The notes under the pieces were generated by a model that saw only the letters and a list, made by a program, of their open reading frames with translations, was not told the DNA's origin and did no database searches. A DNA stretch of 64,000 nt from Acanthaster planci (Eukaryota): NCBI RefSeq assembly GCF_001949145.1, contig NW_019091358.1, positions 4,062,238 to 4,126,237 on the forward strand, in the 5' to 3' direction. The translations under genes and the position numbers were made by a program. Below are positions 13,601 to 26,429 of this stretch, one piece after another. Every line of letters starts with the position of its first letter. Position 1 is the first letter of the stretch.

Positions 13601-16600
13601 AAGGTACAATTTTTTAAAGTAAAAATTGAGAGGAACATAGTCAGAAGAGCCACCAAATATCATACTACTTATTTATCTTGGAAAAGCAGTAATAAAAACA
13701 GTGATTACCATGGACCAAATCTTAGAAGGCTGTCCGTATCCGTCAGTGTACGGTGGCATGTGTGAGGCTACTTTTTGCGGACACCGTGTTAACCCGCCGC
13801 CGTGCAGGCATGCCTGGCCACCACCATTTGGAAAATCACGGTGCGCTTCATTGCTCGGCAGTCAAATGCACCCACATTCACAATCTAAACCTCAATATTT
13901 ATAAGGTGTTTCCGACCCATTCTTTCCAAAAATAATACCTACATTCTTGAAGATGTACCAGAAAGCCTCAAAAATTCCACTTAAAAAAAATGCTTTTTCA
14001 GCAGATCAAACGTCCAGGAAACTTCACCTTTTTTCCAGGAATTTTTGACGAGGACTTCGGGCAACTCAAACCCTATCCATTCATGCACAAATCGATGAAA
14101 AATAGTGAGGTCCCTGGGGCTAAAAATCAATTTACTACATCGTGTCTATGGGGAGTCAGGCGACCATGTGTTTGTACACAAAAATGATCCATGCACACAA
14201 CACTTGCCCAGTGGCCCATTTCAGTCCCAACACACATAGGCCCAGTGCACAACCGCAACTCACATCCGTTGACAGTGTGTTTGTCTATCCGACCTAGATG
14301 AGCAGGTTTTCGCACCGACATTTTCACACCTTTTTTACATTGTTTTCGCATTATTTTTGCACAGTTTTTGCATTATTTTTGCACAGAGATTTTTGCACGA
14401 CATTGTCAAATTTTTCGCATTGTTTTTGCACCATTTTTGCACATTTTTTGCACCGTTTTGGCACATTTTTGCATCAGATTTACTGTGAATTCGCAGAGGA
14501 GAAAAGTAGCAGTCAAAATGCGAAATTCACCTGCGAATGCTGATTTTTTCCCCTCTTTTCTGCAGTCTTTTTCCTTGGGTTAACTTTCAATTGCACTGTA
14601 ATGTACAACCAACTACGTCAAGGCATGGCTTTCACTGTAACTGTTTGACTGAAGAGAATAACAAGTGGGCAAATTAAAAAACAAAAATGAAACTACAAAC
14701 TGACCGCTGCATCATCTGCTTGCTCTATCTCAGCCTCACTCTGGTCGTGGATGTCCAGGGCTGCATCAATGGCATCAAAGAACTCATCCTCCTTCAACAT
14801 GCTGTGAGGCCCTTCCTACAAAGAGGTTATTTCAAAACAAGAAAATTTTTAATTTACCATGCAGACATAAGAGCCTCTACAAACTCATTTCAGTACTGAG
14901 AAAGTTACAACATCGCTACTCTTCTCCTAAAAATCGTTTTTTTTACAAAGGTATTTTTTCCTAAAATTCTTATTTTCCTGACATTTTATGACAGCTCATG
15001 ATTGCCAAACTTTTATTCAATTTTCATAGCACTGTTGAAGTGCATTTAACAATTGTTGCCTGCTGTGTAGGTGTCCAAGGTTTTATGCACACCTGCCGGG
15101 GGGAAAGGCATTCAAGGTGAAGCCGAGGGTGCCCTTTGACCACCCAAATCCCATTTGCTTCAGTCTGGGAACAGATTAACCTACTCTATGGCTGAGTTCG
15201 GGCGGCTTGTTCTTGTATGTTCACGAACAGCTCAATTTGTTGTTCTTGGGTCGGCCGCTCAAACGCCGGGAACGTACAACCAGTTACCGCTGGTAGTTAG
15301 TCACATGCAAAATGCAACATGGTGGCGTCCATGTACGTTATTCGAGAGTTAATGTTTGGATAACTGGGCTGAACTCTTTTCTGTTTAACCCCTTGATGAC
15401 AGGAACTTTTTTCCGAAAGCCGACTCCGAGAATTCCAGCCTTGCTTGGCCATGAAGGCCACCTGCCACACCGCAAATTCTCGATTTGTGGCCCTGCGTGC
15501 TCTGCACGCTTTGAATTACACAGTGAAAAGGCTCATTGTTTGGTGGCATGAGGNNNNNNNNNNNNNNNNNNNNNNNNNNNNNNNNNNNNNNNNNNNNNNN
15601 NNNNNNNNNNNNNNNNNNNNNNNNNNNNNNNNNNNNNNNNNNNNNNNNNNNNNNNNNNNNNNNNNNNNNNNNNNNNNNNNNNNNNNNNNNNNNNNNNNNN
15701 NNNNNNNNNNNNNNNNNNNNNNNNNNNNNNNNNNNNNNNNNNNNNNNNNNNNNNNNNNNNNNNNNNNNNNNNNNNNNNNNNNNNNNNNNNNNNNNNNNNN
15801 NNNNNNNNNNNNNNNNNNNNNNNNNNNNNNNNNNNNNNNNNNNNNNNNNNNNNNNNNNNNNNNNNNNNNNNNNNNNNNNNNNNNNNNNNNNNNNNNNNNN
15901 NNNNNNNNNNNNNNNNNNNNNNNNNNNNNNNNNNNNNNNNNNNNNNNNNNNNNNNNNNNNNNNNNNNNNNNNNNNNNNNNNNNNNNNNNNNNNNNNNNNN
16001 NNNNNNTTACTTCTGTGAAAATGTTTTAGAATCAACCCCACTTCCAACGTGAACGATTCGTCAGTCTCCACTGTTGAGTGCTATGACCTCTTGATCACAG
16101 CTATGTCCTTTTCCTGGTGATGCGCAAGGACGCCGCAAGTGAGTGAGAGAGGGTTTCTTAGCTTCCTAATATGACATCCTGTGGGCCAACACTTGTTTGA
16201 AATTCCAAAGTATGTGTTGGATGTTTGCTGGCTGCTCCAAATGACAGAGTTTTCCCAAGCTCTCTGACACTTGAAAGCAAGTACTTGAGATAACCCCGCA
16301 ACAACTGCAGAGATGCCAACTTTCAAAATGAAAAAGTGTAATCCTATCGCACTTTCAGTTGCGGTTTCCCAATTGACCCTAATTTTTCGGCGCAACCCTG
16401 AAAACTTTCAGCAGCAAATTAGAAAAAATTTTTAAAAAGTTGTAAAAAATGCTGTTGTCTTTTCTTTCAAAATAAACACCTGTCAACAACTTCTTTTCAT
16501 GTCAAAACACTTGTATTTACCTGACTAGCATTGTGTAAATGTGAATTGTAATTAATTGTTAATTATATTTCCACATGAATTCTGGTAAGTTTTTATTTTA

Positions 16601-19600
16601 ATCACTTTTGTGGCAATTTTTGGCAACTTTTGTCCCATTCAATCAGCACAAAAAATTGTCAACAAATCCTTACCTACCAACCCTATTTAATCAGAAGCAG
16701 AGCTATTTTTTCTTGGCCAAACTAATGTGCTTACTCAGTGTTGCAAGATCCACCGTGGGCAATATTTATCATGTCACAGTTACATGCGTTGCAAATCACA
16801 TAACCTTCTCCACAACAAGACTTCGCAATACACGCCCATTTTTGTGGTATATTCGTCCCTGAACTTCAGCTCACTTGTTGCCACTGTGCAAAACAAGTCC
16901 AGTTGCTCACCAAATATCCAAGAATCAAATCCTCAACAGTTTTCCACTTCGGTCAACTTTTCGCACGATGTTCGACACACGTGTGTACGATATCGGTACT
17001 TGTACAACGCTTGGACGTACACAATCACGTTGCATATGAAGTGCAATCGTGCCTATTCACCCCCTATTCATCATAGCATTAATTGAGGCAAACGGATGAT
17101 TCAACCACGCTGGTTTCTACTGCTCCTCACGCAGCTTGTACGCACAAACTGCGGGATGCCAGCGATACATTTCTGACGCGCACATTACTAGGCCGGCTCC
17201 GTGCTAGCTTACATACGTAGAGTTTATACACAACCGTATGGTTTTGTACCTTTGAGTTGGAAATTGTAAAAATCTTAGTCTGGATCGTACAGTCGTAAAC
17301 AGACTAAACAAATCGTAAAAATTACCCCTAAATCGTACAAGTTGGCATATCGGCAACTGTAAGAATGGCAACACTCTGGCCCTTCCAGGATCAATCAAAG
17401 GATAAAATGCAACCCAATACTACCTCCTCTCTTTCTCCTCTACAATTGGATTTTCCGTCACAGCAATCTCACCTTCTCAAGCCTCTTCTGCCATTGCTCC
17501 TCCCTCTGCCTCATCAGATCGATGCAGTGTGACAAGGTTGCCAGGATACCGGCTGTGGTGGCCTTGAAGGTGAACGCCTCCCCTTTGAAGTCCATGCCCA
17601 TCTGGTGGGGCTGGAAGTTGGGTTTGTCTGTAGAAAGACAAACAAGGTGTTTGAAATAGTTGTACAGATATGTACATGCGTTAACCCAAACCCCCTAGGG
17701 TGTATGTAAAATCATATTGAAATTGGAGGATTTGGGACTGCTAGCGTTAATGCTCATCCCACTGAAGGCCCCCTAAGCACTGTGCTACAAGTAGCATAAT
17801 CGAACCAAATGTAACATAATGCCAAAAAATTCAACATAAGCCAAGTTTGATCAGCGGCCATTTATCAACCGCTGGTTGATTCTCCCTGGTGATCAGTGCA
17901 TAAAATATATCCTGGGTACCAGGTAAAATTGACGAATGGTTGACCAACTGTCATTTATTGAACATGGCCATAACTGCCAGTAAAACCTTGTTTATGCCCA
18001 ATTAAGTGCATATCAAGGCAACACAAGTATGGTTCAAAGCATCAGGCTCTACCTATGGTGGCTGGGCTCGACTTTCTTAGTCCTCCAAAGCACTTGCCCA
18101 AACTTGGTGTTGCATTTTGGAAGATCTGGGATGTTCGCAAACCTAACAGTACATACCTCTGTCTCTCTGAGCTGAGAGACCATTTGTGTGGGTCAACCTC
18201 ATGTGGGAGTCAACTCTAGGAGTGGTTCCGGACTCATCTTCAATGTCATCCTCGTCATCGTTGCTGTCCACTACTGCAAAACCATTCATTAAGGAACGAT
18301 GACTCAGTTGCCAAATATCAAAGTTTCTGATGGGACTCAACAGGATTATAACTGAGACTGGTGTCACACCTGCTTTTATCTGTTTATCAGTTATGATGGT
18401 GGGAAGGCTAATGTTTTTATAAGATTTTGTTTTGGAATTTAAAACCGAGATGCGGAGTGGCACTCTTCAAACAAAGAGGTTGGGTGGATATAATGTACCG
18501 AAGGAGGGTATTTTGGGTGACAAGGTGCCCTCCCTTAATCTCCATACATGGCTGTTCAAGTACTTGCAAATGATCCAAGCCCACTGTCACAGAGCTGCTA
18601 AGTGACAAACATTGCTTATCAATTTTTTTGTGCTAAGCAAAAATGAGCAGGAAACCAGTCTCAAGTATCACATTTAAAATGTGCACTTTTATTGTTTACT
18701 AGTTTTGCACGTCATATATTTTCCACAGTTAACACGTTTCTGTGAAAAAGCAGCTCAAATTGGTTCCTGAAATATCAACAGCTTCAATACAATTTGGTAT
18801 TTTCAACATACATGGGTCATCAAGCCATTTTCTATGGTCTCCAGACCCGGCAGCAGATTCAGCACAGGCATCAAAGTAACCCTGCAGGGCGTCCACCTGA
18901 CGGCAGAGGATGTCACGGAATGTTTCCATCTCGGCAAGCTTCTCTCGCAGACCACGCCCCTTCTGCATTTAAACAAAAGAGTAGAAAATGAAACTTACTC
19001 CTCACAGGCAAGTTTGATTTGCACAAGCACATTTAGATATACCGTAATGAGCACTAAGCAATGACAAGTGGTCTACCCTTTGGTCAGGAAATGACCACCT
19101 AATACTGCCAAATGGTTGTCCATCTGTTCAAATTTTCAATGGGCATTACTATTTCTTCAGCAAGCTCCTACAGCAAGGTATGGGCTCAGATCATGACCAA
19201 ATTTTAATAAGATGCTGGAAAATATAAGTTTTTGGAGATATGCTACATGAGCATCACCTGCCTGTGATCTAGAACTGGTTATAGCTGAAGATTCATTTAT
19301 GCTTTTAACATTTCAATGTTGGAACTTTGCCAGTGAGTATTATTTGATTGCTTGGTTGTCAAGTGCAACAATTGTTGAGTTACATTTTTCTATTCAATTA
19401 ATCCTGAACAATTTTGTGAAAGTAAAGATGCCCTTTCTGATGGTGAAAGTGAACTGTGCAAAACTACTCAAACCAACTATTTCAAATATTCTCTTTAAAA
19501 GAAAAAAGGAAAGGACACAAAGAAAGGTTGTCGTTGAGAGGTACAAGTGAGATGACGTGAACTGTAGAGGTGTTTCAGCAAATAGATTCCTCACAGTTAA

Positions 19601-22600
19601 ATTTTGGCTGTTTGATTGATCAAAACTTTAAAAACAGCAAACCTTGAAAGAGGAAGAGGATGCCAGACTAGCAGTGGAATGCAACGACAGCATGGAGCCC
19701 TGGCGTTGCAGACTGGTGCTCTCGGCCTCAGCTGCTGCCTTCTGTGCCTCCAGAGCGTCCAGCCACTTCTGCCGGTCCTCTGTGTTCTTGCAGCGCAGGT
19801 ACCAGACATTATCGTTGATACTGACGTCAAACCGAAGTTCGTCAAAGGGGTGGGCCTGCATAGTAAAAAGCCAACTTACACTATTAAGATCTAGATTTTT
19901 TTCCCACAATTTTTATATGTATCATGATCATGTTTGCATTCATGCTTTCAAAATGATCAAACCAAGACCAAAAAAAAAAAAAAACCACCCCTTCCACAGT
20001 GGAAAACAACCATTATTTACATGTATGTAAGAACTACAAAATTCAACTTTAAATTGAAATATCATCAAATCTCTATACAGTAGGGGATTTTCTGAAAATA
20101 CGGGAACTGTCATTAAAGTGATAAAAATAAACAAACTTTTAAAAACACTTTTACAATTGAGCACAAATTCCTTGCGATCACACACACAAAAAAGAGGATA
20201 ACCTACACAATATTCAATTTCACTGTGTTTTGAAATGTACGGTACAATATCACACCATCAAGAAATGCAGAAAAAATGTCATTAGTATCCATGCACGTGT
20301 GTGTAACTGTCAAACACTAATAAAAGCAAACAACATTTTGGTATCATTTCACTATGACAAAAACAATAAAGATCTGTTGGGTGAAGGTCCATGTAAAATG
20401 ATTTTGAAAAATTTCTATCACTTGTGTGTCCTTAAAATCTATGATGTACTGTACATGTACCGTAGAAAAACAACTGGAAACTCCAAACATATAGGAGGGA
20501 ACATAACACAACATTCATACATCAAAAACATGCAAGGAGGCTGTGTATTAACCCTAACCCCCAGGCTCCTGCACTAGAAAGCATACTGAACCTCACAAAA
20601 TCCAACAGGTTCATGTGCATGTCTATGTACTTGTACATGCAGGTCACTATACCAAACCTGATAAACTCCAACAGAATGAGNNNNNNNNNNNNNNNNNNNN
20701 NNNNNNNNNNNNNNNNNNNNNNNNNNNNNNNNNNNNNNNNNNNNNNNNNNNNNNNNNNNNNNNNNNNNNNNNNNNNNNNNNNNNNNNNNNNNNNNNNNNN
20801 NNNNNNNNNNNNNNNNNNNNNNNNNNNNNNNNNNNNNNNNNNNNNNNNNNGGTTCCTAAGGTACGAAACCAAACCTCACAAAACCTGCTGTTGGAGTATG
20901 GAAGGTTTTGGGCAGTTAGGGTTAACATATGATAATGTCTGCCGTGATTTGATAATCCCTTCTGCATAAAAATGCACTGGCACCTGGATACGAGACAGCT
21001 TATTCCATTCCTCCCGGTCTGCGAAACTTGTCAAACGCCCACCAAGTCCATATAAGGAGATTCTTCTGGACTTCTTGCACATGGAATATACCATAAAATG
21101 GACAGGGGTGTTTGGGAAAATGAAAGTAAACTTCTTGAACAAAACCCTTGGGAATCTATTGTATACTGACTTCTTTTGACGCTCTGACAAAAATGGTACT
21201 GATAAATGGGAATAAAAATTTGCCTGGTCAGTCTTAAACAAACGTGTAAGACTGTCTTAGTAGAATGAACACTGATACAGTAATTGTGGCTCAGCATTAG
21301 TCTCCTCAGCTAGTTTTAAATGCACATTAAAGACTGGCCAAGCGCATATTTCCTTAGCAAAAAGCACTGAACGTGTAAAGACGTTTTTCAACGGTGCACA
21401 GAGATGAGGATAGGAGGATTGGAGGGTGAAACATTGTCTTCTTTTGTGCAATTTTTCTTGAAAAGTCTAGATAAATCCACGGAATCTCTAAACTACAGCG
21501 TACATGTAGCTCTTTCAGCTGCCCCAAATACCGGTATGGTCAGCAAATTTCTACAAAACATTCTTAACATCCTCCTGACATAATTCATACAAACTATGCC
21601 AAATTGGCACCATCTATAGAAAACTCATTTCTGCAAGCAGGAATTAATCATATGAATGAAATGAGTTTGGCACATGCTATGGCACACACTAGCACTCTGT
21701 GCATGTACATGTAGCTGGGCTGGCCCAACTGTAGTACTTGAGTTGGATCAGTCCCAATATCCGGTTCGGACGTGACTTTGTCAAACACGCAGATGCACCA
21801 CAATTTGCAGGCTCCCACTGGGTGATCGCTGAAGTTGCGCGTTAACTTCCGGTTTCATGGTTCCATGTAAACGACGATCAATGCATTACTCTATGAGCAG
21901 TGCACATGCTGTGGGCGTGGTTTAAACTGAAGTGACGTCCCACTTAATTACGAACCATATATACTAGTACATGCAGTTGGGGCTGTTGTTATAACATGTA
22001 CATATACATGTAGTTGGGACATAACACCCAACTACCGTTGGTTCACCTGCTGTATGTAGTGCATTCCTCATCTAAAGTGACACTACGTACACTGTACTGC
22101 TAAAATTGCCTTGTCCTACGTGCATATCATATACATGTACATGTACATGTGCAGTGTATGTGTAATTTGAGCCCTGAGCATTAAAAGCAAACAGGTGCAT
22201 ATCTTATGGTGCATGCATGGACAGCATTGTACAGGTATATCAGTTACTGTTGGACTTTGACTGCAAGGCAAGACAAACATACATGTACATACATGTACAT
22301 GTACATACAAACAAGGTCCCCATGACTGGCAAGTGCACATGTATGTCCATGTAGGTAGAAAGCCATCTGTGGGAAAATGTTTCTGAATATCTTGAAATGT
22401 ACCAGTTTGTTTGTGTTTGCACAAAAGACACATAAACTGACTCCAACACAAAAATCTACTGTCGTGTACCACCATACACTACAGGTGCTTCCTTGGTTCT
22501 TGTTAATTTGAGCAGGGAAGATACAACATGTTAACAGTGTTCATTTACATTTGGACTACTACTGGGGCTTGTAGTACTTGTCTATGCATGTATGGTACAT

Positions 22601-25600
22601 TTGCATGGACTTACATGTAACCTAATGTACTGTACTTGGTTCCATTTTAAGAGGTTACATTTTACTAAAATACCGAAAAAAAAAATTCACAGATTCAAAA
22701 ACCAACCTTACTGAAACCAAAATTTGTCATTTATCAGTGCAAATTATGCCCCCCAAATAAAAAACATTGTTTTATATCACCCAAAAATAAATTCTACATT
22801 ATCATTTTTTAGAATACAAGATGTAGCACAAGTTTGCAGGGGATTTTTCTTTTTAGGGGGAGGGGCTCCAAATTTATGACTGGCCTCCGGTTTTTACTAC
22901 TAATTATATTGGGGTAGTGCCTTGGGATAAAGGGCATCTGGTTCCAATAAATCCTGTCAAATCATACCCAGCAAGCAGACTGGCTCAAGTGAATGTAAAT
23001 GTAATATGCTCGCAGACATATGTAAGTGCCCTACCTTGTCAATCAGTCCAAGTACAGTGCCATGCCAAGAGGAGAAAACCTTTCAGAAAAATCATCATTA
23101 TTTTCCAGAAGGGAATACTCCAAACATTTGATAAACATTTTTTCCCTCACCTTTGTTTCCAGAGAGTTTATCCAACCATTCATGTGTTTCACATGAAATT
23201 CACTCCACTGCTAAAACTTAATAGCATCAAGCACGGCACTCTAACTCCCACCAGGCTTCCCACTAATTTGCTGCGGGTCCAGCTACAGTTTGGCTTGCCC
23301 ACCTGCCAAGCTACATTTCCTGTGAAAATATTTCTCTTCATCACAGAATTATCTCACAACTACCAGCCCTGACTGCTGGATTGGTTTTTGATGAAAGGCA
23401 TCAAGTATCATTTTGGAAATGGAAAGATTGGCCAATTTTAAAATGAGATCAAATTCATCAAATACTTACTCCTGAGGGTCATTTGTACTGCATGGTACAT
23501 ATACTTTTTACTGTTACTATAAAATTGTCTTTTGCAACATCCTGATACCCTGCCATGGAGTGAAATTTGCCCAAGTGGCTGTGTGTAGCAGCCAAGCTCA
23601 GTTGGCCTATCTGTATGCACCTGTACTACTCATGTCTACATCTACTGACTTGCCAGCTCCACAAACTCTGATACAGTTATCTGCAATGCACTGAATCATC
23701 CCTGTAACTAACAACTACAAATAATCATAATAGAGACCCCTTATGGGTTGGTTTTTTTACAGCATCAGGGGCCAATTTCATAGAGCTGCTTAAGCACAAA
23801 ATTTGCTTAAGCGGGCAAACACTATGCTCAATAAACAAAGGTTACCAGCTCAAACTCTATCTGATTGTCATGCTAATCAAAAAACAAGCTAAATACAATC
23901 CCAAAACAATATACATCACATGGAGGTTTGGCTGGTTACCTGATTTATCAAGTAAGATTTTTTCGTGCTTAAGCAAATTTTGTGCTAAAGCAGCTCTATG
24001 AAATTGGGCCCAAATGCAGGTCAGGCAACAAGGTATGCAGGATGCTATGATATCAGCAGTGAATGTACTCTAATATAGGTAGACAGCACTCATACTACCG
24101 TAGTATTCACAAATTTCAAAGTCTAGTCTCCTGTTGTGTTTTTTCTATTATGCAACACAACTTTGCACAGCTTCAGTGTGTATTACAGTTAATCGTTTGC
24201 CAGCACAAAATGACTTCTTTTTTCTTTTGGGCTGTCTTCATCATTCCAGTTGGTTTTACTGCGCAATTATTCCAGTCACACCAGTGGGACAGAAGAGAAA
24301 CAGTTGCTGAACAGCACAAACTGTAATCGGATGGCTGAGGGGTTGTTTATTGCAATGCGCAAAATCACACAGCTGTGTATAAATTGTACATGTAATAAAA
24401 GTACGTGTACATCTTTGTGCTGCTAACCAAAAGACCCAAAGAGTGACTACTGTACAGGCCAGCGACAGCTGTCAAGCATGTATATGTACCCAAGAGTGGC
24501 AATGATTTCACAGCCCACATTGAGGAGTTACATGTATACCAGGAAAGAATTCCATGATGGTCCAATATAGAATTGATGTCACTGGGCAGCTGACTGGAAC
24601 CGCTGAAACTGAAGTTTAACGGCTGGTTCACACTACCTGCGTTTGTACACATGGAGCGTGTAATATGAACGTCGCATTTGACGTTCACACTTTCATGTTT
24701 TCTCAAGTCTTGGCTGTGTGTGCGTATGTATGTGACAAAAGTTTAGAAATTTCAATTTGTCCCAATACGCATTCATCTTGTACGTACGCACTGTCCATTA
24801 CTTTTACAAACTGCGTGCAAGGGCGTGCATTTTCATTATACACTTTTCACGCACTGCAGACACCTCAAAATAGACCTTCATGCTGCGTACACAGTGAATA
24901 CGTAGTGAGTATATGAACCGGCCTTAACTGAATCCACCCGTTTCGGAAACGCTCAGCCACGAGTACCACTGATCTCCATGCCGAGTGCACACAACATCGG
25001 GCCGGGGGTGAGGCTGTGCATGCAGCAAGCGTTGGTGACCATTGGCCTAGTTACCTGCACATTAGCCATGATCTTAAGATGGTAGAGTCCTGCTAGCCCA
25101 GGTTGAAATGAAGACAATGTCCAACCTAGGCTTGCAGGACTATACTATCTTAAGATCATGACCAAAATAACATTTATATTTTCAACAATGTGCAGGTATC
25201 TAGGCCAACTTAATGTGAAAACCAATTGAACTTGACAATAGGTGGCAAAATTAGGGACATGACAACTATATGGTCACAGTTCCTTTTTTATAGCTCCATG
25301 CTTAGTCCGGTGTCAGGTCAACTCGTCCCCTGACCGATTCGCCCCTTTCCAACTTGCCCCCTCGTAAACTCGCCCCCTGACCGACTTGCCCCTTACCAAC
25401 TCACCCCCTGGCCGACTCGACCCCTGACCGACTTGCCCCCTGACCAAGGGCAAGTCGGTCAGGGTGCGAGTCAGTCAGGGGCGAGTAGGTCAGGGGGCGA
25501 GTTGGCTAGGGGGCGAGTTGGCAAGAGGCAAGTTGGCCATGGGGCGAGTTGGTAAGGGCGAGCTGGTAAGGGGTGAGTCGGCCAAGGGGCGAGTTGAGCT

Positions 25601-26429
25601 ACAATCATTAGTCCCAGGCACGAGGGCCTACTTAGTCTAAATTAAAAAATGGAGTTCTAACATCCCACTTCATCTTAACAAACTTTTTTAGGCCTAATTG
25701 TTAATACCAGTTCATACTTTGTGTGAAAGCAACCACAAATGCAAATTTATGATGCCACCTTCATGACTTTTCAGATCAAATAGTTGAATTGCAAATTTTG
25801 CAAAGTTGAACATATTTCAAGTACAGCAACTTTTGCTGAAAATTTTTCAGGACACCGAATTCGCTTCACTTGCACATTTGCCTCACTTTCACATTCACCT
25901 CACTTTCACATTCACCAGCATGCTGAACCATATTTAACTCAAACAGGTCATGGAGGTAGGTTACACTACAACTTTGGTGTTCATCGTCCAACTTACTTCA
26001 AAACTCTAAGTTCTACTGCGCGCTACTCGGTGTGAGAAGCACGGAGTATCGGAGTGACTTCTCGACGTAAAGAAGAGGCAGATGACAAACCCCAGATGTT
26101 ACTGTTAGGGATTTCCTTCTTCTGTCATCTGTAAAACGTTAAAAACTTGTTTTTACTATAGACCTAGGCCATGTACATGTCCTTACCTCAATATCTGCCC
26201 TGGCCAGACTGATGGATCCTCGGCACCCAAGGTGAATGTCCGTGTGTGACTTGAAGTAGCTTAGCGTACCATTCCGGAGCGACACCCAGCGGTCTTGCCA
26301 GCCGTGGATGTAGTTAGTCCACTTGTTCAGCTTGTCTTCGAGCTCCGGTACGCTCTCGATGCCGTCGCTCTCGGAGTCGTCATCTTCTTCTTCGTCCTCG
26401 CTCAGGAAGATTGCAGGATCGTCAGACAT
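4562..26429 (-). CDS. CERT1: Ceramide transfer protein (CERT/GPBP/STARD11), spliced gene, 3' end incomplete
   Basis: Exons 26429-26187, 19855-19643, 18962-18812, 18273-18157, 17627-17473, [exon probably in gap], 14815-14705, 13281-13201, 10905-10816, 9158-9026, 6978-6776, 4691-4562. All are GT-AG with matching phases. Motifs: PH ([13 protein letters not shown]), SRR ([21 protein letters not shown]), [28 protein letters not shown] (EFFDAID), START ([24 protein letters not shown]). Confidence 0.96.
5855..5966. repeat. Perfect 56-bp tandem duplication
   Basis: ACAGATTCTGAATCATCAAAAATGAACTCTCACCATACTACAGGAGCGTGTTAAAA x2. Confidence 0.9.
6776..6978 (-). CDS. CERT1: CERT1 exon (START domain)
   Basis: [41 protein letters not shown]...[18 protein letters not shown]. 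Confidence 0.95.
9026..9158 (-). CDS. CERT1: CERT1 exon (START domain)
   Basis: [49 protein letters not shown]. Confidence 0.95.
10816..10905 (-). CDS. CERT1: CERT1 exon (start of START domain)
   Basis: [35 protein letters not shown]. Confidence 0.92.
11108..11176 (-). mobile_element. tRNA-derived SINE head (degenerate)
   Basis: Minus-strand A-box-like TGGTCAAGTGG and B-box-like GGTTTGAATTCC; no intact cloverleaf. Confidence 0.55.
13201..13281 (-). CDS. CERT1: CERT1 exon (linker before START domain)
   Basis: cag|[33 protein letters not shown]; the HRLIQE end resembles vertebrate HRFVQK; phase 0/0. Confidence 0.75.
14320..14480. repeat. Degenerate TTTTTGCAC-type minisatellite
   Basis: Repeated tttt(t/c)(g/a)cac/cat units. 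Confidence 0.7.
14705..14815 (-). CDS. CERT1: CERT1 exon with FFAT motif
   Basis: tag|[43 protein letters not shown]. Confidence 0.93.
15554..16006. other. Assembly gap (N run)
   Basis: 453 N. Confidence 1.
17473..17627 (-). CDS. CERT1: CERT1 exon (dimerisation/coiled-coil region)
   Basis: [46 protein letters not shown]. Confidence 0.95.
18157..18273 (-). CDS. CERT1: CERT1 exon (acidic linker)
   Basis: (L)[38 protein letters not shown]; phase 1/1 fits both neighbours; CAGTAG acceptor and GTATGT donor. Confidence 0.8.
18812..18962 (-). CDS. CERT1: CERT1 exon (middle region)
   Basis: [34 protein letters not shown]...; GTATGT donor; ends in phase 1. Confidence 0.92.
19643..19855 (-). CDS. 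CERT1: CERT1 exon (PH C-terminus and serine-repeat motif)
   Basis: cag|[22 protein letters not shown]...SSSSFK|gt; 213 nt. Confidence 0.95.
20681..20850. other. Assembly gap (N run)
   Basis: 170 N. Confidence 1.
23768..24011. mobile_element. MITE with ~45-bp TIRs (GGGCCCAATTTC... family, possibly PIF/Harbinger)
   Basis: GGGGCCAATTTCATAGAGCTGCTTAAGCACAAAATTTGCTTAAGC ... GCTTAAGCAAATTTTGTGCTAAAGCAGCTCTATGAAATTGGGCCC. Confidence 0.8.
24620..24924. mobile_element. PIF/Harbinger-like MITE
   Basis: TAA|CGGCTGGTTCACACT ... TATATGAACCGGCCT|TAA; 3-bp TAA duplication. Confidence 0.65.
25309..25606. mobile_element. Foldback-type MITE built from short ACTTGCCCC-like repeats
   Basis: C-rich left arm mirrors G-rich right arm; flanked by CTTAGTCC / ATTAGTCC (7 of 8 match, likely TSD). 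Confidence 0.75.
26187..26429 (-). CDS. CERT1: CERT1 coding exon 1 (MSDD..., N-terminal half of PH domain)
   Basis: MSDDPAIF...[48 protein letters not shown], then GTAAG donor; 243 nt. Confidence 0.95.

Noticed and set aside
15385..16071. Long ORFs spanning N runs (also 20522-20969)
   Set aside because: Artefacts of assembly gaps.
25309..25606. CRISPR-like array
   Set aside because: Eukaryotic context, short degenerate repeats arranged as a mirror, no unique spacers, no cas genes.
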